DNA of 47,478 nucleotides from assembly GCA_000997355.1 (NCBI GenBank), contig LCBS01000004.1:1-47478 (forward strand), given 5' to 3'. Each line of letters starts with the position of its first letter. Position 1 is the stretch's first letter. This document shows, one piece after another, positions 7,710-15,945 of this stretch. This DNA is from a candidate division WWE3 bacterium GW2011_GWB1_41_6. GTDB lineage: Bacteria; Patescibacteriota; WWE3; UBA101185; UBA10185. Both the position numbers and the translations under genes were made by a program. The notes under the pieces were generated by a model. It ran no database searches, was not told the DNA's origin, and saw nothing but the letters and a program-made list of their open reading frames with translations.

Positions 7710-7720
7710 TAATTATACAC

Positions 7721-8434
7721 ATGCATATATTAGAAGGCCTGTTGCCAAAAACAATTTATCAGGGAAGTACTCCTTTCAATAAAGATATTAAAGTTATTCA
7801 GGCATGGAAAACACGAAAACTGATCGTCGACGGCTTAGTGCAGTCGTGTAGCATTGATTCGGATTATTACAAACATAAGGTATGGCATGAACTTGCAAAA
7901 GCCATCCGCGCCAATAAACCTGAAGTTAAAAACTTACTGATGCTAGGTACGGGAGCAGGAACAGTCGTTCAGATCATGAATAAGAAGTTTAAAATGAACG
8001 GGATCAATACGATATTAGTAGAAATAGACAAAGAGATAGTTGATATTTCCCGTAAGTACTTTGACCTGGATCTAATAACTAACAGCCGGATAATCATTGC
8101 TGACGCAAACGAGGTTCTTCAAGAACCGGAAACATATATGATAAACAGCAGTCCGGAGTGCATTTTAGTGGATACATTTATGGGGGACAAGTATCCGGTG
8201 AGCGTTGATAGTGCGCAGTTCTTAAAAAATCTATTTAAGTTGGCGGATAACGGAACTTTTATTATTTTCAACCGGGTATTTAATAAAGACGGGAAGGGGG
8301 CCGGTCAATTTAAACACGAGTTAGGTATCTATATGGATAAAATTGAAACAAAAGTGGTAAAAGGTTCCACCACATCACAGAACGTCGTGTTTTATGGATA
8401 CAAATCGACAGATAAATTACCAGTTCCTGTGTAA
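7721..8434 (+). CDS. spermidine synthase-like SAM-dependent methyltransferase-fold protein
   Basis: SAM-binding motif LLMLGTGAGTVVQ followed by LVEIDKEIVDISRKYF and IIIADA. I chose the ATG at 7721, because the track start at 7649 would overlap the divergent gene. Confidence 0.65.
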   Translation: MHILEGLLPKTIYQGSTPFNKDIKVIQAWKTRKLIVDGLVQSCSIDSDYYKHKVWHELAKAIRANKPEVKNLLMLGTGAGTVVQIMNKKFKMNGINTILVEIDKEIVDISRKYFDLDLITNSRIIIADANEVLQEPETYMINSSPECILVDTFMGDKYPVSVDSAQFLKNLFKLADNGTFIIFNRVFNKDGKGAGQFKHELGIYMDKIETKVVKGSTTSQNVVFYGYKSTDKLPVPV

Positions 8435-8656
8435 TTAAGACTTATAAAATGCGCCCATCCTCGCAGGAGTACCAAGCTTTTCTCATATGACCCAATTTAA
8501 CTAAAATTTCGGCTGACGATTAATCGATCGAATACCTAGCCGGATCTAACTTGGAATATAAGATACTTCTGGTCAGTTTCTTCTATTTATCCATTTATAA
8601 ATATTCTTACAATTCTATAACACACTTATTGCCATTATTTTGTTAGAGTTAAATAT

Positions 8657-9433
8657 ATGCGTCGTGTAATAATGATTATAGCTATTGTCATATTGGCAGC
8701 CACAGCAGGTTACTACTTTTTTATAATTACAAAAAGCAGGCAGCAAAAACTTTCAAATACGTCAAAATCTGAAAGTAACAACCGGATTATAGATACAAGT
8801 ACCGCAGAAAATCTTGACTTTACGAATCCTAAGAAAAGCGCCCATTATGAAACTAACACTCCGGCACATGGTGAGATTTTGGCAGGTGTTCCGATAAACG
8901 TTGTTATTGATTTTAATTTTGATCTCGCAAGTCCTTCTGAAATTAAAATAAATATGAACGGAAAAGACTTTGGAGTAGGGAATACTGTAATAGACGACGG
9001 TGGTCTTTCTATGAGAAGGGCGATGAAAAACGATGCTCCCGATGGGATTTATTCTGTATTCTACAATGCCTGCTGGCCTGACGGAAGTTGCCATAATGGA
9101 TCTTTTCAGTTTGCCGTTAACCGCTCGTTATCATCAGATTTTAGTGACCTTACAAATAATCCCGAGGTCACTATTGATATGAACAGTTTACAGTTCTCTG
9201 ATGAAAAAATTAGGATCTCTAATGGAACAAAAGTCACATGGAACAATCTTGAGAATGTTGCACACTTTATTAACACCAACCCACACCCTGCACACTCATA
9301 CTACCCAGTAATGAATTCCCGGAGTATCGGCCAAGGAGAGAGTTTTTCGGTCACATTTAACGAAGCAGGTATATATCTTTACCATTGTTCCGCACACCCG
9401 TTAACAATGCGCGGTTACATTCTAGTAGAATAA
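8657..9433 (+). CDS. membrane-anchored CopC-like domain fused to a cupredoxin (type-1 copper) domain
   Basis: N-terminal TM anchor, then a CopC-like segment HYETNTPAHGEILAGVPINVVIDFNFDL...DGIYSVFYNACWPDGSCHNGSFQFAV. The C-terminal cupredoxin carries the ligand pattern H...YHCSAHPLTM. Confidence 0.7.
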   Translation: MRRVIMIIAIVILAATAGYYFFIITKSRQQKLSNTSKSESNNRIIDTSTAENLDFTNPKKSAHYETNTPAHGEILAGVPINVVIDFNFDLASPSEIKINMNGKDFGVGNTVIDDGGLSMRRAMKNDAPDGIYSVFYNACWPDGSCHNGSFQFAVNRSLSSDFSDLTNNPEVTIDMNSLQFSDEKIRISNGTKVTWNNLENVAHFINTNPHPAHSYYPVMNSRSIGQGESFSVTFNEAGIYLYHCSAHPLTMRGYILVE

Positions 9434-9551
9434 GTATCCTGTTAGAAAAAGTGCAATCTGGCGTTTAAGTCTAATTTTTAAATGTGCTTAGGAAGAACCA
9501 ATCTCTTTATAAAATTAGATTAGACTTGTGGGGGATTTTTAAAGTAATTAA

Positions 9552-10622
9552 TTATAATTTCTTCCAAATATCCTTATCTTCCCCTCCCAAACGCCAGAAA
9601 GTAAATCTGTTATACCCATATTCTTTTGCAACTTTCATCTTCTCCGCAACACTGACCGCATCCTGGTACCAAACCGTATGCTTTTGGTCATTCTGAGTAT
9701 AGTTAAAATTCAGTTCGCCTGATTTTCTATCTCTGATCGGCTGGACTTTATATTCTTTAACAATCTCACCTGTTTTTTCAAAATCTATGGGAACACCTCT
9801 GTCTCCAACCCAGTCGTAACCGTATAGGGGCAAACCTACTACCACTTTCTCCCGGGGTAAAACTTTATTAGCGTACGATAGAACATCCCTTAAATTATCA
9901 ACAGGAGTGATTGGACCCGCCACTGACCCTTTATTATGAAAGTCATAGACCATTATTCTTACAACATCGACCGTATTACCAATGCCTTCCCAATCGTGAC
10001 CTTTAGCTCCGCTCCAATCCGCTACCGTTCCTGTCTGTGCGTGGACCGTGACGGAAAGAATAAGCCCCTCCTCTTTAAACCTTCCTGAAGTCTTATTTAT
10101 AAACTGAACGAACAACTCCCTGTCTTCTTCATAAACTTGTTCAAAATTAACATCCCACCCGTCGTAAGCCTCTTCTCTTGCCAGACTTACAAGTTCGTTA
10201 GTAAAAGTATCCATTTTTTCCTCATTTTTCAGGAACTCGGATACACGTACAGGATCAAAATCGTTTTGTATAGTCGGTATTAATTTTACACCAGTTCCTA
10301 ATAGTAAATTTCTGATGTTTCTATCCTCGACAGGCTCTATTTTTAAAAGACTGCCTTCTGGGTCAATCTTATACCAGACGGGAAGTACTGTACTCAGTTT
10401 ATTTTTGGAATATTCCAAACTGTCAAGCACTTTCTCCTGGTCCCAATAGGGAATCCAAATGTCATATGTGACGTTTATCTCCCTACCCGGTTTTTCTGAT
10501 ACTTTACCTTGGAACAGTTGCTTCATTGAACTTATACCATTTTGCTGAACGTGGAAGACTACCGCAATGAAAATAACGATTAGCACAGGAACAATTAATT
10601 GTTTAATAACAGATCTGTTCAT
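9552..10622 (-). CDS. GH18-family glycoside hydrolase (chitinase-like), membrane anchored or secreted
   Basis: N-terminal TM/signal anchor. The GH18 active-site signature YDGWDVNFE (nt 10140-10166) is essentially the PROSITE-type pattern [DN]-G-x-[DN]-x-[DN]-x-E. Confidence 0.75.
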   Translation of the reverse strand: MNRSVIKQLIVPVLIVIFIAVVFHVQQNGISSMKQLFQGKVSEKPGREINVTYDIWIPYWDQEKVLDSLEYSKNKLSTVLPVWYKIDPEGSLLKIEPVEDRNIRNLLLGTGVKLIPTIQNDFDPVRVSEFLKNEEKMDTFTNELVSLAREEAYDGWDVNFEQVYEEDRELFVQFINKTSGRFKEEGLILSVTVHAQTGTVADWSGAKGHDWEGIGNTVDVVRIMVYDFHNKGSVAGPITPVDNLRDVLSYANKVLPREKVVVGLPLYGYDWVGDRGVPIDFEKTGEIVKEYKVQPIRDRKSGELNFNYTQNDQKHTVWYQDAVSVAEKMKVAKEYGYNRFTFWRLGGEDKDIWKKL

Positions 10623-10624
10623 AT

Positions 10625-10768
10625 CTATTTTGCGCGTCTATTTTTAGCAAATATAGATTTTATCCTCAACAATGTTTTTTTACCTCCAATAACCAAAACA
10701 CCTATCACTAAGACAACAAGATGAAATATTATTGGCAAAATGTTTATAGATACAATATAAGGCCACAT
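10625..10768 (-). CDS. unannotated 47-aa single-pass membrane miniprotein (sORF below the track cutoff)
   Basis: My own translation is MWPYIVSINILPIIFHLVVLVIGVLVIGGKKTLLRIKSIFAKNRRAK, a hydrophobic helix plus a basic tail. Its ATG lies 5 nt after the GT2 stop and its TAG lies 2 nt before the GH18 ATG, so it exactly fills the only gap in the operon. Confidence 0.5.
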   Translation of the reverse strand: MWPYIVSINILPIIFHLVVLVIGVLVIGGKKTLLRIKSIFAKNRRAK

Positions 10769-10773
10769 AAAAA

Positions 10774-11874
10774 TTATTCCGAAAAAACAATTTTATTTTC
10801 GTCCAAATACTTATACCTTTGGGTCCTGTCCCAATGTAACAGATCAACACCGAAGATTATCCTTACCAAACTATGAAGAAAAATTAAACCACTGTAAAAT
10901 CTGATGAAGTATAAGTGGGGAAGATACAAGAATATTTTCCACGAGTTATTTCTTACCGATGTGAAAACCATCGTCGGTATCATTAACAGCAGCAGGTCCA
11001 AAATTATCTGTAAAAACACAAATTTTAATAGAAATGGATTGTAAATACTCAATATTAATAACCCAACCTCTCCCAATATGAACAAACTGTTTGCCACACC
11101 ACCAAGTGCTAGTAATGCAACCTCAAAATCAAGTATCTGACCACCCCACGGGATTTTATGCTTCACAATATTCTGCCAAAAACCTGAATACCACCGGTTA
11201 AGCTGCTTAGTAAGAATCTTTAGATTTATGGGATCCTGTGTGTATACAAGTGCATTATCCTGGTAAACAATCCTTCCCAATTTTTTCCTATGAATAGTAA
11301 ATGTTAGGTCCATATCCTCGGTTACGGTGTCCTCGGGAAATGTCAGTTCACTAAAAACAGAACTTTTATAAATAGTCGCACAGCCAGAACAAACCGAAAT
11401 TGCGTTGATGAAGCTCTGTGCATTTTTAAGAATTGTGTGACCGATCTCATACTCCCAAATCCTGTAATAAGTAATGTAGCTGTTACCCTCGCTTTTAATC
11501 CGCCCCACAACAGCTACGATAGTGTGTTTTTTATCCGTTTTGAACAACCTTAAACTGCGTTTTATCATAGTTTTGGCAACCTTTGTGTCGGCATCGATCG
11601 GCATTATATACTTATACTTTTTCGGAAGATGAAAATGCGCGATACCCCTGTTCAATGACCCGGCCTTTCCTGTTTTAATATCATTTTTTAAAATGTTCTC
11701 TCGTGGTATTTCCTTTTCCGCGAGTGCAGTTGTGTTATCAGAAGAATTATCGTTAACAAGATAGATATGTTCCTTCCGAACTATTTTTTTGATTGAATGT
11801 AAAGTATTATCTAAAACAAGTCCTTCGTTTCTTGCAGCTATTATTATTGCTATTTCATTTTTTCTTTTTTTCAT
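10774..11874 (-). CDS. processive family-2 glycosyltransferase (PgaC/IcaA/NodC-like N-acetylglucosaminyl polymer synthase)
   Basis: IIIAARNEG, NDNSSDNT, GKAGSLN, PIDADT, TEDMDLT and the Q-x-x-RW motif (QLNRWYSG), followed by C-terminal TM helices. Confidence 0.88.
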   Translation of the reverse strand: MKKRKNEIAIIIAARNEGLVLDNTLHSIKKIVRKEHIYLVNDNSSDNTTALAEKEIPRENILKNDIKTGKAGSLNRGIAHFHLPKKYKYIMPIDADTKVAKTMIKRSLRLFKTDKKHTIVAVVGRIKSEGNSYITYYRIWEYEIGHTILKNAQSFINAISVCSGCATIYKSSVFSELTFPEDTVTEDMDLTFTIHRKKLGRIVYQDNALVYTQDPINLKILTKQLNRWYSGFWQNIVKHKIPWGGQILDFEVALLALGGVANSLFILGEVGLLILSIYNPFLLKFVFLQIILDLLLLMIPTMVFTSVRNNSWKIFLYLPHLYFIRFYSGLIFLHSLVRIIFGVDLLHWDRTQRYKYLDENKIVFSE

Positions 11875-11882
11875 ACTAATAT

Positions 11883-12740
11883 TTATTTGATCGACAAAAC
11901 CTCAGCGGGAAGCACCACCTTCAAATCCAGTCTTTCTACAGCATTTAATATTTCATTCATTGTTTTTATGTCATTCCCATAAAGATTTTCCTTATCTTCA
12001 ACTTGGTGGAACATCAGTATTAGCCACATATTCTTTCTTTTCGCCTCACCCATCCACCACTCAATTTCGATTAGAGGTGTTTCCAAATCAACTCCTATGA
12101 CTTCCAACGTGTATGGATCACGTACCGGCAGAACGTTTAAATTGTGGCCGATTAGCCTTAAAGATTTGTAGTGTTTTTTCACAAGTCGGACCAATTCGTC
12201 GGATACTTTACCACACGGTGTGACGTAATTATCAAACATTAAACCTTCCCTCAACAGCGCGCGCTTGGATTCTACAAGTTCCTGCTCGATATTGTTTATG
12301 TCTTCTTCTATATACGCGCAGTCATGTGAAACTGAATGTGACGTAACTTCCCATCCATTTTTCTGCAAATCTCTTAACTGATCCCAAGAGAGGTAACTTT
12401 CATAACCTATATACTCTGTAGGAACAGCGATCGTACCTTTATACCCACGTTCTTTTAACATTGGGTATGCATTTTCGTACTGAGACAACCACGCATCGTC
12501 AAACCATAAAGTAATTAGACCTTCGCCCTCCCATTTAAAAGACGAGAAATCCGGTCTTTCGACCACGTAACCTGCAACCTCTTCTGGTAAATTGCCCGTA
12601 TTACCAAACGCCCTAGGCTTCCACCCGGGTGGAACCTCACGGTAAATTAACTCCATAACAAATATGCTCATTAGAAGCATGGGTACGAATATCCAACCTG
12701 TCATGGATATCTTTAGCCTGCGTTTATTTGATTCTTTCAT
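11883..12740 (-). CDS. polysaccharide deacetylase (CE4, NodB homology domain)
   Basis: CE4 motifs LWFDDAW (TFDD-type) and HSVSH, plus an N-terminal TM helix. I chose the ATG at 12740, which has AGGAG 10 nt upstream. The track start at 12785 is an alternative. Confidence 0.85.
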   Translation of the reverse strand: MKESNKRRLKISMTGWIFVPMLLMSIFVMELIYREVPPGWKPRAFGNTGNLPEEVAGYVVERPDFSSFKWEGEGLITLWFDDAWLSQYENAYPMLKERGYKGTIAVPTEYIGYESYLSWDQLRDLQKNGWEVTSHSVSHDCAYIEEDINNIEQELVESKRALLREGLMFDNYVTPCGKVSDELVRLVKKHYKSLRLIGHNLNVLPVRDPYTLEVIGVDLETPLIEIEWWMGEAKRKNMWLILMFHQVEDKENLYGNDIKTMNEILNAVERLDLKVVLPAEVLSIK

Positions 12741-12860
12741 ATACGTAAAACTCCTTTTCTCTATACACAAGTGAGTAATTTTCATTTAACTTGGAATATA
12801 CAATCTGTGCGATATATTTATGAGTTTTATACCTTTCGTGAAGATTTCCATTAATCTGTA

Positions 12861-14162
12861 TTATGTCAAAAAACTTGTCATCCATTGCTGATTCATATGC
12901 TTCGTAACCTTTAAGGTTCTTATATTCGTCGGATCGTTAACGTCGTACAGGTCGAGGGCAACATGAGGTCCTATTTCACTAAGCACTTTGTCCCCATTCT
13001 GAACTTTGTGGTAGAGAAACGTGCTTAAATTCTCTGTGTCATACCAAGGGCGTGGGGCGCTTTCATGTAAATAAAAAGTGTAGTAGTACCAACCTAAAAA
13101 AAGTACCGTAAACATAAAACACAATTTAACAAACGACTCTAAATACTTCGACTTAACAACCGAAATAAGTTCCGTCATACCAACTCCGGAAAGAATGCTT
13201 AAAAACACGACTGGTAAGTACACGTGCCGATCAAAGGATATTATTCGGTGTGTGACTATTTGGAATAAAATCACAGGTAGGATAAAAAATAGAATTGCGA
13301 TTAATGTGATAAATTTCTTCCTTAAGATCAGACCAATTGCTCCGGCAGCTGCTAAGGGAAGTACAGGAAAAGCAAATTGGTAAAACGTTCCTAATACTGT
13401 CCGGATATCGGCAAACTCCTGGTCGATCTGTGTGTAATAGTAATAAACAAAACTTTCGAGTCTAAAGTAGGTAAATATGGTCAAACCAAGAACCAGCGGT
13501 GTAAAAAAATAGATCAGTATCGTCGTCCCTTTTCCTTTGTTATTAATGAGGTAGATTGACATTATTAGCAGGGTCAAAGGAAGGAACAAACCGGTTATGA
13601 TCTTTGTGGTAATGGATAAGAGCAATAACAGAGACGCGAGAAGAAAGTACGCAGGTAATGTCGGGCTCCGTTTTGTAGCAATCAGCAAACACGCTAATCC
13701 GCCCATAAGTAACATAGTGCTTTGCATATCCGCTGTAGCAAGTTTATTAATTGTATAGGATATGGGTATTATTGTTGCTATCAAAGCTGTAACAAAACCT
13801 GAGAACAACTTTATATTTTTGTTTTCCGAACTAACTGAGAAATAAGCGATAATACCGATCGATATTAATGTGAATAGTCCAAAAAGCAAACTCAAGATCC
13901 TGGAACCGGCGTACCCTCCAACTGTATAAGCGATGGCTGTAAGGGAAGGATACAAATAGTAATCTCCGGGTATCCAATTTTGAGGATTATATGCGCTCCA
14001 ATCATATTCAAACAAACCCATCTTTCCCACTAGAATGTAAATGGATTCGTCGTTAATATATGTGGTATCGGCAGAAAGGTTGTGAAACCTCAGCGAGTAA
14101 AATATAACTATAGTAACTATAAGTAAGTTATTAATGTTAAGATATTGTCTAACTTTTGTCAT
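12861..14162 (-). CDS. polytopic membrane protein, probable GT-C fold glycosyltransferase (ArnT/PMT-like)
   Basis: 433 aa with about 11 or more hydrophobic helices. A DE motif sits in the first loop (YINDESIYILVGKMG), as in the two GT-C paralogues at 39348 and 40970. Confidence 0.6.
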   Translation of the reverse strand: MTKVRQYLNINNLLIVTIVIFYSLRFHNLSADTTYINDESIYILVGKMGLFEYDWSAYNPQNWIPGDYYLYPSLTAIAYTVGGYAGSRILSLLFGLFTLISIGIIAYFSVSSENKNIKLFSGFVTALIATIIPISYTINKLATADMQSTMLLMGGLACLLIATKRSPTLPAYFLLASLLLLLSITTKIITGLFLPLTLLIMSIYLINNKGKGTTILIYFFTPLVLGLTIFTYFRLESFVYYYYTQIDQEFADIRTVLGTFYQFAFPVLPLAAAGAIGLILRKKFITLIAILFFILPVILFQIVTHRIISFDRHVYLPVVFLSILSGVGMTELISVVKSKYLESFVKLCFMFTVLFLGWYYYTFYLHESAPRPWYDTENLSTFLYHKVQNGDKVLSEIGPHVALDLYDVNDPTNIRTLKVTKHMNQQWMTSFLT

Positions 14163-14471
14163 TTATCTCATCTTCACTAATGTTCAGTAAATCTTATGTA
14201 AATACCATTATGCTATAGGCATTAAGAAGTTATTTTTATACAAACATTTGATAATTATAAAGGCTGTTGTATAAATGTAGATGCAATATTGCGGGGTTTA
14301 TACCCGCAAAATTTTGTTTGTTATACCTATAACAATGGGAGCTTGTTTTAATAATATACAGGTTTTTTTATATTTGTACATATACTTTTATTATAAGTCT
14401 GTAAGAATATTTACTTTATAACCTATATTCTTATTATTACGCGAAAATAACAAATAGAGTATAATGTTTAT

Positions 14472-15137
14472 ATGAAAAATAAAGGTATCATCCTAATAAT
14501 ATCGGCTATCATACTTCTATCTCTCGCAGTATTCTTATATAACAATTTAGACCGTACAAAAGGTATACCATCACAGCAAACTGATCAGGAACTTCTAGGG
14601 ACGGAGCTGGAAAGCGAAACTTCAAGTGACTTATCTTTAAGGGGAAGTCTTTTTGATCTAGTTAAACTAGGGAAAACACTACAATGCACCTATAACGGAA
14701 CTTCCGAAGGAACGACATTTTCAGGTACATCTTATGTGTCCGGAAATAAAATGAGGGGAGATTACGATATAGTTACAGGTGGCAGTGAGACAATAGAAGG
14801 CCATATGATCATGGATGGTGACTGGGTTTACACATGGACGTCTCAACTACCCCAAGGGTTTAAGATGAATGTAAGTGAAATTGAGGATATTGCAGGCGAA
14901 GATAGCTCAACCGATAATAAAACCCTCGAAAGCTTAGGAACTGATTACGATTACAATTGCTCAGCGTGGTCGGAAGACAGCTCGTTATTTGAAATCCCTC
15001 AAAACATCACATTCACTGACTTTTCGGCGACACTCAAAAAGTTTGAAAACAATCAGGGAAATCTTTGTTCAGCATGTGATCTCATACCTAATGACAGCGA
15101 TAAAACAGCCTGTAAAGAGCGTCTTAATTGCGAGTAA
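14472..15137 (+). CDS. secreted or membrane-anchored hypothetical protein
   Basis: 221-aa ORF with an N-terminal signal anchor (IILIISAIILLSLAVFLY), Ser/Thr/Gly-rich with several Cys. No family recognised. Confidence 0.6.
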   Translation: MKNKGIILIISAIILLSLAVFLYNNLDRTKGIPSQQTDQELLGTELESETSSDLSLRGSLFDLVKLGKTLQCTYNGTSEGTTFSGTSYVSGNKMRGDYDIVTGGSETIEGHMIMDGDWVYTWTSQLPQGFKMNVSEIEDIAGEDSSTDNKTLESLGTDYDYNCSAWSEDSSLFEIPQNITFTDFSATLKKFENNQGNLCSACDLIPNDSDKTACKERLNCE

Positions 15138-15175
15138 GTTAAATATTTGCTTTTACTACCGTCAGAATTTAATAT

Positions 15176-15898
15176 TTAGTCCTTAGTTGCCCTAGCTTTT
15201 GTTTCTAAGTTCAATTCTATTTCTACATCCATTTTTTCTTTTGTCAGTTTCGGGTCTCTTCTACACTTGTATTCAATTATGCTTGATGAACGATGGGCTT
15301 TGGAATAGTTCAGCCCTTTAAACATTAAATATCTTTCATGAAGTTCGTGCAACAAAACAAATTTTATCTCATCATGATTTAGATCGTCATCCAGCCAAAC
15401 CTCGTGAAAAGGAACGAAATCGTAAACAAAATGATGCCCACCCTCAGTAAAATCGATAAAATATAGATCACGGACCAGTTCGCCGCTTATAATCCAAATT
15501 TTTGGATATTCGTAGTTTTTTATACGTTTTTTATATATTTCTTTTGGAACTTCTTTATGCTTCCATTCAGACTCAGATGTTACTTTCATCATCAGTTCGG
15601 ACTTTTTTCTTTCCGTTATCTCATTTTTGTCGGCAACACCGATTGCGTGATCGTAAGACCGTCCCGCATGCATCAAATGCCACTCTATTAACATATGGTT
15701 CACAAAATATTCTGTTTCTCCTTTTGAGAACTCCTTATCTATCCAAAATTCATGCACGGGAATAAAAGGAAAACGGTAATGCTGTCCAAAGTTCGTAAAC
15801 TCACGGTTCATTGTGTTCCGGATATGCTCGCCATCAACCTCCCATACTTCAAAATCTTCGATCTCCAGGATCTTTTTCAAATACAACAGTTTGTTCAT
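15176..15898 (-). CDS. hypothetical protein made of two tandem copies of an unknown ~100-aa domain
   Basis: Internal duplication: FEVWEVDGEHIRN...FIPVHEFWIDKEF..ETEYFVNHMLIEWHLMHAGRSYDHA aligns with KIWIISGELVRD...FVPFHEVWLDDDL..EIKFVLLHELHERYLMFKGLNYSKA. Confidence 0.65.
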   Translation of the reverse strand: MNKLLYLKKILEIEDFEVWEVDGEHIRNTMNREFTNFGQHYRFPFIPVHEFWIDKEFSKGETEYFVNHMLIEWHLMHAGRSYDHAIGVADKNEITERKKSELMMKVTSESEWKHKEVPKEIYKKRIKNYEYPKIWIISGELVRDLYFIDFTEGGHHFVYDFVPFHEVWLDDDLNHDEIKFVLLHELHERYLMFKGLNYSKAHRSSSIIEYKCRRDPKLTKEKMDVEIELNLETKARATKD

Positions 15899-15945
15899 TC
15901 TTTAATTATAAACAATTTTCACTCTCTTTTTGCTAGAATTTATAT

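Noticed and set aside
7649-7720. N-terminal 24-codon extension of the spermidine-synthase-like ORF (track start 7649).
   Set aside because: It would overlap the 5-prime end of the divergent FemAB-like gene by 61 nt. The ATG at 7721 gives a clean divergent arrangement.
10140-10166. Asn in place of the third Asp in the GH18 DxxDxDxE motif (YDGWDVNFE), as a sign of an inactive lectin-like chitinase homologue.
   Set aside because: Asn is an allowed alternative at that position in the classical GH18 active-site pattern, and the catalytic Glu is present. There is no basis for calling the protein inactive.
14289-14320. Hairpin ttgcggg-gtttata-cccgcaa followed by a T-rich stretch, in the divergent intergenic region between 12861..14162 (-) and 14472..15137 (+).
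   Set aside because: The stem is only 7 bp and the T-tract is interrupted. No convincing transcript unit lies upstream, and the nearest promoter-like element would give only a ~35-nt RNA. It could be an operator or attenuator, but the evidence is too thin.
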